A stretch of DNA of 64,000 nt from an uncultured Sphingopyxis sp. (GTDB lineage: Bacteria; Pseudomonadota; Alphaproteobacteria; Sphingomonadales; Sphingomonadaceae): positions 2,496 through 66,495 of the forward strand of contig CBINGC010000015.1 of assembly GCA_966250105.1 (NCBI GenBank). Direction: 5' to 3'. How positions within the stretch are numbered: the first letter of the stretch is position 1; the number at the start of each line of letters is the position of its first letter. The notes below the pieces were generated by a model. The model was not told where the DNA came from and made no database searches. It saw nothing but the letters and a program-made list of their open reading frames with translations. Shown one piece after another: positions 27,737-35,203 of this stretch. A program made the position numbers and the translations under genes.

Positions 27737-28209
27737 TCGACCATAGTAAACTCCCCTATCGCCCCTGTGCGGGCGTCATGCTCGCCAACCGCGACGGCCG
27801 CGTCTTCGTTGGCCAACGGCTCGATACGACGAGCGAGGCGTGGCAGATGCCGCAGGGCGGAATCGACGATGGTGAGGACGCCGAAACGGCAGCAATCCGC
27901 GAACTCGGCGAGGAAACCGGCGTACATGGCGGGCTGGTCGAGATCATTGCGCGCAGCCGCGAGGAATATTTCTACGACCTGCCCGATCATCTGATCGGCA
28001 AGATGTGGGGCGGCAAATATCGCGGCCAGCGCCAGCACTGGTTCCTGATGCGCTTCATGGGTGAGGATAGCGACGTTAACATCCACACCGATCACCAGGA
28101 ATTTCGCGCCTGGAAGTGGGCCGGACTGAACGAGATCGAGAAACTGATCGTCCCGTTCAAGCGCGTGCTTTACCGCGGACTGGTCGATGAATTCGGGCCG
28201 CTCGTCTGA
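27733..28209 (+). CDS. rppH: RNA pyrophosphohydrolase (Nudix)
   Basis: YRPCAGVMLANRDGRVFVGQR...WQMPQGGIDDGEDAETAAIRELGEETGV Nudix box. ATGA overlap with the esterase stop. Confidence 0.9.
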   Translation: MIDHSKLPYRPCAGVMLANRDGRVFVGQRLDTTSEAWQMPQGGIDDGEDAETAAIRELGEETGVHGGLVEIIARSREEYFYDLPDHLIGKMWGGKYRGQRQHWFLMRFMGEDSDVNIHTDHQEFRAWKWAGLNEIEKLIVPFKRVLYRGLVDEFGPLV

Positions 28210-28859
28210 TTCCGGATCGCGATCGCGGTGCGAAAGACGTCAGCGAACATTTCGGCCGTTAGCCGCCCGGTGTTCGTGTTGTAGCGCGAGCAATGATAGC
28301 TATCGACGAGGCGACGCCCATCAGGCAGCGCGTGGACCGCGCCATGCGCGAAGGGGTGCGCCGCGAGGCGCTCGCCCGCCGCGCGCAGCGCCGCATCATG
28401 CGCGATCCGCCCGAGCGCGATGATCACGCGCACGTTCGGGAGCGCCGCCAGCTGCGTCTCGAAAAATGGCCTGCAATTCGCGATTTCCAGGGGGATCGGC
28501 TTGTTCTGCGGCGGCAGGCATTTGACGCTGTTGACGATAATCGCGCCGTCGAGCCTCAGCCCGTCGTCGATCCGCGCATCATATCGCCCCCGGCTCAGCC
28601 CGAATTGGGCGAGCGTCGCGAACAGCAGGTCACCCGCATAGTCCCCGGTGAACGGCCGCCCCGTCCGGTTCGCCCCATGTTTGCCCGGCGCCAGCCCCGC
28701 GAACGCCAGCCAGGCATCGGGATCGCCGAACGCATGGACCGGGGCATTCCACCAATCGGGATATTCCGCCTGACATTCGCGCCGCAGCGCGACGAGCCGC
28801 GGGCAGCGCGGGCAATCGCGCGGCGGCTCGGTTCCGGGTAACGGGCTACCAATCTCCAT
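28170..28859 (-). CDS. Uracil-DNA glycosylase, family 4/5 (Fe-S type)
   Basis: CPRCPRL Cys cluster and GLAPGKHGANRTGRPFTGDYAG motif. The start is the ATG at 28859 (MEIGSPLPG). The 3' end overlaps the rppH 3' end by 40 nt. Confidence 0.85.
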   Translation of the reverse strand: MEIGSPLPGTEPPRDCPRCPRLVALRRECQAEYPDWWNAPVHAFGDPDAWLAFAGLAPGKHGANRTGRPFTGDYAGDLLFATLAQFGLSRGRYDARIDDGLRLDGAIIVNSVKCLPPQNKPIPLEIANCRPFFETQLAALPNVRVIIALGRIAHDAALRAAGERLAAHPFAHGAVHALPDGRRLVDSYHCSRYNTNTGRLTAEMFADVFRTAIAIRNQTSGPNSSTSPR

Positions 28860-28882
28860 AGGTCTGCGATAGGCGCGGCGGC

Positions 28883-29419
28883 ATGAGCAACGCAATGCCG
28901 ACATCAAGGGAACCCTTGGCCCTCTATGCGATCGGCCTCGGGTCGAACCGCCGCCACGCGCGCTATGGCGATCCGCGCGCGGTGCTGCTCGCGGCGCTCA
29001 CGGCGCTGGAGAGCGACGACATCGAAGCGGTCGATGCGAGTCCGATCATCGCGAGCGATCCGCTCGGGCCCTCGCGCAGGCGCTATGCCAATGCCGTCGC
29101 GCTCGTCGCTTCGCCGCTGAGCCCGCCCGCGATGCTCGAACGCCTACAGGAAATCGAAGCGAGCTTCGGCCGCCGCACCGGCCAACGCTGGAGCGCGCGG
29201 ACGCTCGATCTCGATATCTTGCTCTGGTCGGGCGGCGTCTGGTCCGACGCGACTCTGACGATTCCTCATCCCGCCATGGTCCAGCGCGCCTTCGTGCTCG
29301 GCCCGCTGCGCGCGATCGTCCCCGAATGGCAGCACCCGCTGACCGGACGCAGCATACGTCAACTCGCGGCGCGTCTGACGCGTCCGAAGCCGGTTGACCG
29401 GCGCGCCTCCGCGCACTAG
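28883..29419 (+). CDS. folK: 2-amino-4-hydroxy-6-hydroxymethyldihydropteridine diphosphokinase
   Basis: YAIGLGSN...RWSARTLDLDILLW...TIPHPAMVQRAFVLGPL are HPPK signatures. Confidence 0.85.
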   Translation: MSNAMPTSREPLALYAIGLGSNRRHARYGDPRAVLLAALTALESDDIEAVDASPIIASDPLGPSRRRYANAVALVASPLSPPAMLERLQEIEASFGRRTGQRWSARTLDLDILLWSGGVWSDATLTIPHPAMVQRAFVLGPLRAIVPEWQHPLTGRSIRQLAARLTRPKPVDRRASAH

Positions 29420-29462
29420 GGCGACGGCTCACTTCGCGCGCCGCGACATTCCGGCGCCGGAT

Positions 29463-29538
29463 GGGCCCTTAGCTCAGTCGGTAGAGCAACTGACTTTTAA
29501 TCAGTAGGTCGCTGGTTCGAACCCAGCAGGGCTCACCA
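29463..29538 (+). tRNA. tRNA-Lys (anticodon UUU), CCA encoded
   Basis: GGGCCCTTAGCTCAGTCGGTAGAGCAACTGACTTTTAATCAGTAGGTCGCTGGTTCGAACCCAGCAGGGCTCACCA folds as a cloverleaf with a 7-bp acceptor stem (GGGCCCT/AGGGCTC), anticodon loop CTTTTAA and T-loop TTCGAAC. Confidence 0.95.
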
Positions 29539-29568
29539 TATTTCGCCGTTATCGGCGTCGTGACGCGC

Positions 29569-30216
29569 CTACCAGCGCAGGAAGCGCGGCAGGATCAACC
29601 GTCCGGCAACCGCTGAAAGCAGGACCGCTGTGCCGTGCCAGAGCGCGATATGCACGACGTCATCGCTCGCACAATGGAGCGCGACGATCGTCGCGCCGGC
29701 AGCACCCGCGGCGATACCGATGACCCAGCCCGCGCGCGTCGGCGACGTCGGCGCGCCCGCCCGGAGCCAAAAGAACAGCGCCGCACCGACGCCGAGCCCT
29801 GCCGCTACGCCTTGCAGGAGGCAGCGCAAGCCGAAGCCGTGGCGCGCGGCTTCCATAGCGGCATGGCCGTCGGTGATGCACGCCGCCAGCGCCGCGAGCG
29901 GCAGCGACAGCGAGGCGCCGACCGCCCAGCGCCAGCCGCCATAGTCGCGCCCGACTCCCGGCAATCCCATGCGCAGCGCGCTCCATGTCGCGGCGAGGCC
30001 CGTCGCCGCGGTCAGCCAGAAAGCGAGCATCGATAGCGGCGGCATTCCGCGTGCCGCCAGATCCTGACGTAGCCCGAACAGCAATAACAACGCCGTAGCG
30101 CCCGCCACCCAACCGGCCGCAACCCACATGGACCCGCGCGCAACGCGCCGCGGACGGACGGGCGTCAAGTCCCCGGTCAACTCGTCGATCAAATTGTCGA
30201 TCGATGCGTCCTTCAT
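29569..30216 (-). CDS. nrsF: NrsF-family (DUF1109) membrane anti-sigma-F factor
   Basis: MKDASIDNLIDELTGDLTPVRPRR N-terminus followed by six hydrophobic segments with loop Cys residues. The ATG at 30216 is 1 nt after the sigma-factor stop; the track start at 30231 is a TTG. Confidence 0.8.
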   Translation of the reverse strand: MKDASIDNLIDELTGDLTPVRPRRVARGSMWVAAGWVAGATALLLLFGLRQDLAARGMPPLSMLAFWLTAATGLAATWSALRMGLPGVGRDYGGWRWAVGASLSLPLAALAACITDGHAAMEAARHGFGLRCLLQGVAAGLGVGAALFFWLRAGAPTSPTRAGWVIGIAAGAAGATIVALHCASDDVVHIALWHGTAVLLSAVAGRLILPRFLRW

Positions 30217-30217
30217 C

Positions 30218-30739
30218 TCATTCGCTTTCAATCAGTTCGGCGAGCTTCTTGAGCCCACGATGGATGTTCACCTTGACGAGCGATTCGCTCTGCCCGCAAA
30301 TCTGCGATGCCTCGGCGATCGACGCGCCCTCGATCTTGACCAGCGTGATCGCCTGCGCCTGCTTCGGCGGCAGCAGCGTGAGCAGATGATCGATGCTGAG
30401 CCGTGCATGGACAGCCTCGTCCTCGGCACCGACCGCGGCGTCGTTATCACCCAGTTCGGCCTCGTCGCGCTGGCGGCGCAGCATGTCGATCCAGCGATAG
30501 CGCGCGATCGCAGCGAGCCAAGGCAGGAACGCCCGTCCGCTGTCCCAGGTCGCGAGCTTGCGGTGCATCGACACGAGCGTTTCCTGGACGAGATCGTCGA
30601 TATGGTGCGGCGCGATCCGCCGCGCGAAATAACGTTCGAGCCACTTGCGGCAATCGACGAGCAACGCGCGATAGGCGCTGCGATCCCCCCGCTGCGATGC
30701 GGCCATCAAGCGCGCCAGCGAAGGTTCGTCGATGCTCAT
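30218..30739 (-). CDS. sigF: ECF (group IV) sigma-70 factor, SigF-type
   Basis: Region 2 (DDLVQETLVSMHRKLATWD...FLPWLAAIARYRWIDMLRR) and region 4 (ITLVKIEGASIAEASQICGQSESLVKVNIHRGLKKL). ATGA overlap with the doxX stop. Confidence 0.88.
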   Translation of the reverse strand: MSIDEPSLARLMAASQRGDRSAYRALLVDCRKWLERYFARRIAPHHIDDLVQETLVSMHRKLATWDSGRAFLPWLAAIARYRWIDMLRRQRDEAELGDNDAAVGAEDEAVHARLSIDHLLTLLPPKQAQAITLVKIEGASIAEASQICGQSESLVKVNIHRGLKKLAELIESE

Positions 30740-31197
30740 TTCGCGCGCACCTTAGCAATCAGCGCGTCGAGCGAGAACAGCCCGCCGCCGCGCACGATCA
30801 GGATCGCCGCCATCGCCGCCCACAGCGAGTGGACCGGCCACCAGGCCTCAGGAAAGACGAAAATCTGGATGACGAGCGTCATCACGAGCAGTGCCCCCGC
30901 CGAAAGTCGCGTCGCGAGACCGAATAGCAGCAGCGCGGGAAATAAATGCTCGGAAAAGGTCGTCAGCGGCACTGCGATCGCTGGCTCGAGCGGCAGACCC
31001 GAAAATTCACTGCGGAACAGATCATATTGCGACGGGTCGATCCGCAGGAAACTTCCCTCGACCACCTTTGTTTGCCCCGAGCGCCAAAATACGCCCGCGA
31101 GCGCGACGCGCAGCAGCAACAGCGTAGCGCCCTCGACGAGCCGCGAGCCGGCGATCGCTACGCCCTTGTCATAAAGTCCCGTAATCACATCCATCAC
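30736..31197 (-). CDS. DoxX-family membrane protein (BufD-like)
   Basis: RVALAGVFWRSGQTK...FSEHLFPALLLFGLATRLSAGALLVMTLVIQIFVF is typical of DoxX. The start is GTG 31197 or ATG 31194, directly after the upstream stop. Confidence 0.85.
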   Translation of the reverse strand: MMDVITGLYDKGVAIAGSRLVEGATLLLLRVALAGVFWRSGQTKVVEGSFLRIDPSQYDLFRSEFSGLPLEPAIAVPLTTFSEHLFPALLLFGLATRLSAGALLVMTLVIQIFVFPEAWWPVHSLWAAMAAILIVRGGGLFSLDALIAKVRAK

Positions 31198-31896
31198 TCA
31201 AACCCTCTCGAAAGCTCCGGCCTCGATCAGCCCAGCGATCGCGGTGCCGCCGTCCGGATGCTGTTCGGCGAGATGGGCGATCAGGTTACCAAGCGGCGCG
31301 ATGTCGCCTGCCATGCCGAGCGCCGCCGCGGCGGCAGGCTCGATCGCGAACAGGCGGACATCGGCATCGGGACGCGTGACGAGTAGCGCGCGCGTGTCGG
31401 CCGCAAATGCCGGTTCAACAAGCCGCGCGGCATCGCTGGCGAGCGCGATTGTGCGCGTTGCCGGGTGCCGGCGGACCGCGAGACCGAGCAGGTCAGCTTG
31501 GCTCAGGCTGGCCAGATCGGCGAACGCCAGCGCGCGCGCATCGGCAGCGTGATAACTTTCGAGCCACGCCCATTCTACGCGCGCCATGTCGGCGGCAGAC
31601 TGATCGGCGAGCCAGTCGGCAAAGCTCGCGCCGATGTCGTTCAGCGCGCGCCGCCGCGCGCCGCCTTCCTCGACGAACCGGCGCGACAGCCGGTTGAACT
31701 CCTCCTCGCCCAGATAAACGCGGGTGCGCGGAAACGTCTCTTCGAGCGCGACAAGCCGCGCGTGCGATATGGTGTTGGCATGGATACGAAGCCCGCGCAG
31801 CACGGCAGCCTCCCTTCCTGCGAACAGATCGGCCGGCAGGTGCGCTGGCCCTTGCAGCAAGGTCGCTGCGATAGCCGCCTGTGCCTGCTCAAGCAT
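31198..31896 (-). CDS. bufC: DUF2063-family protein (MNIO partner, BufC-like)
   Basis: 232 aa, sitting immediately 3' of the DUF692 gene with an 8-nt overlap. The N-terminal pattern (LRIHANTISHARLVALEETFPRTR) is typical of DUF2063 ('putative DNA-binding domain') proteins. Confidence 0.78.
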   Translation of the reverse strand: MLEQAQAAIAATLLQGPAHLPADLFAGREAAVLRGLRIHANTISHARLVALEETFPRTRVYLGEEEFNRLSRRFVEEGGARRRALNDIGASFADWLADQSAADMARVEWAWLESYHAADARALAFADLASLSQADLLGLAVRRHPATRTIALASDAARLVEPAFAADTRALLVTRPDADVRLFAIEPAAAAALGMAGDIAPLGNLIAHLAEQHPDGGTAIAGLIEAGAFERV

Positions 31897-32752
31897 GGAC
31901 CGGCGCCCGCAGCAGCGCGTCGGCCTTGGCGGCTTCGGCGATCAGCGTCGCATAGTCGGGAACCGCGCTATCCCATTCGATCAACACGGGCCTTGGCCCC
32001 GACCGGCCCAGAAACAGCGCCAGCAGGTCCCAACAGCTCGCGCGCACCGGTGATCCATGGTCGTCGATCGCCACCAATCCGCCCATATCATCATCCTTGA
32101 CCGCATGGCCCGCGACATGGATTTCGCCGACATGCCGCGGATCGAAGGCATTAATCCAGGCCACCGGATCGAGCCCGAGATTGAAAGCCGAGACCTCGAC
32201 ATTGTTGATATCGAGCAGCAGGCCGCAGCCGCTGCGCCGGCAAAGCTCGTGCAGGAAATCAACCTCGCCCCAATCGTCGCCCGCGTAAGCGAGGTAGCGC
32301 GAAGGATTTTCGATCAGCATCGGCCGAAGTAGCCGGTCCTGAACGCGGCCGACCTCGCCCGTAAAATGATCGAGTGCGGCATGGCTATAAGGGGTCGGCA
32401 AGAGATCCGGAAACTTGTCGTCGGGCCCGTTGCTCCAACTGAGGTGATCGGAAACCATCGCAGGATTATAACGACGGCAAAGCGCCGCGAGCGCGTCGAG
32501 TTCGTCGCGATCGACGCCCGCCGCCGATCCCAGCGACAGCCCGACTGAATGAAAGCTCAGCGGCAGTTGCTCCGCGATCGCGGTCAGCCAGCGATGCGGC
32601 GGCCCGCCCGCGCCGAAATAATTCTGGGGGTGGACTTCGGCCCAGGCGGGCGCCGTCCCCTGCTCCGCCGCCGCCAGCACATCGGCATAATGCTGCGGCT
32701 TGAGCCCGATGCCGGCGCGTGCGGGCAGCGGCGAACGCAGGGAAGCGGTCAC
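31889..32752 (-). CDS. bufB: DUF692 / MNIO (multinuclear non-heme iron oxidative) enzyme, BufB-like
   Basis: GIGLKPQHYADVL...AWAEVHPQNYFGAGGPPHRWL...LSFHSVGLSLGS...VSDHLSW...LIENPSRYL...GEIHVAGH is the TIM-barrel DUF692 signature. GTG start at 32752. Confidence 0.88.
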   Translation of the reverse strand: MTASLRSPLPARAGIGLKPQHYADVLAAAEQGTAPAWAEVHPQNYFGAGGPPHRWLTAIAEQLPLSFHSVGLSLGSAAGVDRDELDALAALCRRYNPAMVSDHLSWSNGPDDKFPDLLPTPYSHAALDHFTGEVGRVQDRLLRPMLIENPSRYLAYAGDDWGEVDFLHELCRRSGCGLLLDINNVEVSAFNLGLDPVAWINAFDPRHVGEIHVAGHAVKDDDMGGLVAIDDHGSPVRASCWDLLALFLGRSGPRPVLIEWDSAVPDYATLIAEAAKADALLRAPVHA

Positions 32753-32758
32753 GCCTCG

Positions 32759-33055
32759 TCAGCCCTTCTTGGCGACGGGCTTGGCATTGCCTTTGTGCGC
32801 GGTCAGTGTGCCGCCCATCTTGACGCAGCTGCCGGCGGGCACATGCTTCCAGGCATTGCCCTGATAATCGACGGTCGATGTCCCGGCGCAGCTCGTGCCC
32901 GGCCCGGCGGCGCAGTCATTTTTTCCCTTGAGCGAAACGCCGTAGCATTTTTCCTTGGCGCCCTCGGCGGCGACCGCGGTGCCGCCGATCGCGGTGCCGG
33001 CGGCCATGGCAAGAACGGCCGAAGCGGCGAGCGACAGTTTCAGTGCATTGGTCAT
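32759..33055 (-). CDS. bufA: DUF2282-type secreted Cys-containing RiPP precursor (bufferin-like, BufA1 type)
   Basis: 98 aa. Sec signal [29 protein letters not shown]|AEG. The core has four Cys in the typical contexts EKCYGV, KNDCAAG, TSCAG and GSCVK. It lies directly upstream of the DUF692 and DUF2063 genes. Confidence 0.85.
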   Translation of the reverse strand: MTNALKLSLAASAVLAMAAGTAIGGTAVAAEGAKEKCYGVSLKGKNDCAAGPGTSCAGTSTVDYQGNAWKHVPAGSCVKMGGTLTAHKGNAKPVAKKG

Positions 33056-33108
33056 GGATAATCTCCCTTTGAGAAAATGGACGATGCGGAGGATGGCATC
33101 GTCACCAG

Positions 33109-33134
33109 TTCGCGGGGGAAGGTGGGAAAGTTAC
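33109..33134 (-). promoter_or_regulatory. Candidate sigma-F (ECF) promoter GTAACT-N16-CGAA upstream of bufA
   Basis: The minus strand reads GTAACTttcccaccttcccccgCGAA, with a spacer of exactly 16 nt. The CGAA ends 53 nt upstream of the bufA ATG. This matches the GTAACC-N16-CGAA consensus I recall for Caulobacter sigma-F. Confidence 0.55.
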
Positions 33135-33224
33135 GCCGAGGCGGGAGGCAATGATTTGGCAGGATGGAGCCGATAGAATAGGCCCTGCGTCGAACGAGAA
33201 CTCACGAATGGAGACGGACAAGGC

Positions 33225-34241
33225 ATGAATATTCTGCTGACAGGCGGCGCCGGCTATATCGGCAGCCACGTCGCCGCGCCGCTGGTGTCGGCCGGGCACC
33301 GCGTCATCTGCTTCGACAATCTGTCTAACAGCGATCCCGCCGTCATGGACCGGCTCGAGGCGATCACCGGCCATGTTGTTCCGCTCGTCACCGGTGACAT
33401 CCGTGATGGCGACGCGCTGCGCAGGGTGATGCAAGACCATGCGATCGAGGCCGTGATCCACTTCGCAGGGCTGAAGGCGGTCGGCGAATCGGTCGCCGAG
33501 CCGATGAAATATTACGACAACAACGTCCGCGGCACCCTTTCGCTGCTCGAAGCGATGGCCGATTGCGGGACCAAGACGCTCGTCTTCTCGTCAAGCGCCA
33601 CTGTCTATGGCCAGCCGCGATATCTGCCGCTCGACGAGAGTCACCCCACGTCGGCGACCAATCCCTATGGTCGCACGAAGCTGATGATCGAGGAAATGCT
33701 CGCCGACGTCGCCGCCGCCGATCCCGAATGGCGCATTGCGATTTTGCGCTATTTCAACCCCGTCGGCGCGCACGACAGCGGGCTGATCGGCGAGAATCCC
33801 AACGGCATTCCGAACAATCTGATGCCTTTCGTCAGCCGCGTCGCCGCCGGGCGGCTTGCCGAACTGTCGGTGTTCGGCGACGATTACGGCACGCCCGACG
33901 GCACCGGGGTGCGCGATTATATCCACGTCGTCGATCTCGCCGAGGGCCATGTCGCCGCGCTCGGCGCCATCGCAAAGAGCGAAGAACCGCTGGCAATCTG
34001 GAACCTCGGCACCGGTCAGGGCTATTCGGTGCTCGACATGGTCAAGGCGTTCGAACGCGTGAATGGCGTGAGCATCCCCTATCGCATCGCACCGCGCCGC
34101 GATGGCGATGTCGCAAGCTGCTTCGCCAGTCCCGAGCGCGCGGCGCGCGAGCTCGGTTGGAAGGCCGAGCGCGGTCTCGAGGCAATGTGCGCGTCGAGCT
34201 GGAACTTCGAGCGCACGCTCGCCGGGCGCAATTCGGACTAA
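33225..34241 (+). CDS. galE: UDP-glucose 4-epimerase
   Basis: MNILLTGGAGYIGSH...SSSATVYG...YGRTKLMIEEML...YFNPVGAH is canonical GalE. Confidence 0.93.
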   Translation: MNILLTGGAGYIGSHVAAPLVSAGHRVICFDNLSNSDPAVMDRLEAITGHVVPLVTGDIRDGDALRRVMQDHAIEAVIHFAGLKAVGESVAEPMKYYDNNVRGTLSLLEAMADCGTKTLVFSSSATVYGQPRYLPLDESHPTSATNPYGRTKLMIEEMLADVAAADPEWRIAILRYFNPVGAHDSGLIGENPNGIPNNLMPFVSRVAAGRLAELSVFGDDYGTPDGTGVRDYIHVVDLAEGHVAALGAIAKSEEPLAIWNLGTGQGYSVLDMVKAFERVNGVSIPYRIAPRRDGDVASCFASPERAARELGWKAERGLEAMCASSWNFERTLAGRNSD

Positions 34242-34810
34242 CCGATCCAGCCCGCGGTCTGGGCGAGCACCCACAGGCCGATCACGAGAAACAGGCCGGC
34301 GGCAACGACGCGGAATTTCGCGAGATCGACACGCTTCAGCAGCTCATTTCCGAGGAAGATCGCCGGCACATTGGCGATCATCATCCCGAGCGTCGTGCCC
34401 GCGGTGACCGCGACGACATCGTGATATTGGGCGCCCAGCGCGATCGTCGCCACCTGCGTCTTGTCGCCCATCTCGACGAGGAAAAAGGCGATGAGTGTCG
34501 TCAGGAACGCCCCGAAGCGCGGCTTCGGCGCGTCGTCGTCGTCGAACTTGTCGGGGACCAGCGCCCACGCCGCCATCGCGATGAACGAAGCGCCGATCGC
34601 ATAGCGGAAGACCGGGCTGTCGAGAAAGGCCGCCGCCGACGCGCCGAGCAGCGCCGCGAGCGTATGGTTGGCGAGCGTCGCAACCAATATGCCTAAAATG
34701 ATCGGCAGCGGCCGCCTGAAACGCGCCGCGAGCAGGATCGCGAGCAGCTGCGTCTTGTCGCCGATCTCGGCGAGCGCGACGACCGCGGTCGAGGTGAACA
34801 GGGCTTCCAT
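34238..34810 (-). CDS. UPF0016 (GDT1/TMEM165) family cation (Mn2+/Ca2+) transporter
   Basis: Two E-x-G-D-K-T/S motifs (EIGDKTQ and EMGDKTQ). The start is the ATG at 34810 (MEALFTSTAVVALAEIGDKTQ). Confidence 0.85.
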   Translation of the reverse strand: MEALFTSTAVVALAEIGDKTQLLAILLAARFRRPLPIILGILVATLANHTLAALLGASAAAFLDSPVFRYAIGASFIAMAAWALVPDKFDDDDAPKPRFGAFLTTLIAFFLVEMGDKTQVATIALGAQYHDVVAVTAGTTLGMMIANVPAIFLGNELLKRVDLAKFRVVAAGLFLVIGLWVLAQTAGWIG

Positions 34811-35000
34811 GATGACTCCGGGGCCGGGCGGCAAGCGATTCCAATAGACATCGGACCCGCCGCCCGGCCTGGACGAAGGTCGATGCCATTGGTCTCGCCC
34901 AAGCGGTGCTCCCGCTTCCACCGCACCATGACCTCTCGGCCAAGTATGTTGACGCGGCGGCCCGTCCCGAAGGACGGCTGGCTACTCCCCAGATGACGCG
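34811..35000 (-). ncRNA. yybP-ykoY-like Mn2+ riboswitch leader (aptamer ~34885..34998 plus an expression-platform hairpin)
   Basis: The minus strand reads GGGGAGTAGCC, then hairpin CCGTCC-TTCG-GGACGG, then CGCCGC, then GTCAAC (L3-like), then hairpin TGGCC-GAGA-GGTCA, then GCGGTG (pairs with CGCCGC), then hairpin AAGCGG-GAGCA-CCGCTT, then GGCGAGACC. An 11-bp stem GGCCGGGCGGC/GCCGCCCGGCC (34859..34869 / 34822..34832) follows and abuts the GGAG Shine-Dalgarno. The outermost P1.1 pairing is weak. Confidence 0.6.
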
Positions 35001-35203
35001 GGCGGGTTAGACGGCTTGGCCTCGGCTTGCAAGCCCTTCGACGCCGCCGCGGCCGCCTTTTCGGACTCCGCAATGTCGGCATCCATCGCCTTGGCGCGTG
35101 CCTCGATTTCCTTCGCCGCCTTGTCGTAGCGCGTATCGAAGTCAGGCTCGTCCTTGCAGGCCGCGAGCATCAGTATCGGCACAAGCAGAAGACCGGCGCG
35201 CAT
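34982..35203 (-). CDS. Small (73-aa) lipoprotein translationally coupled to tamB
   Basis: MRAGLLLVPILMLAAC has a lipobox and is followed by a charged, Ala/Lys/Glu-rich helix. The ATG at 35203 overlaps the tamB stop (TGATG). Confidence 0.6.
   Translation of the reverse strand: MRAGLLLVPILMLAACKDEPDFDTRYDKAAKEIEARAKAMDADIAESEKAAAAASKGLQAEAKPSNPPASSGE

Noticed and set aside
29463-33224. The idea that the bufferin/sigF operon is a genomic island integrated at the adjacent tRNA-Lys.
   Set aside because: I found no direct repeat of the tRNA 3' end (…TTCGAACCCAGCAGGGCTCACCA) on the far side of the operon and no integrase. The composition looks like the flanking core genes. The linkage to the tRNA is probably coincidental.
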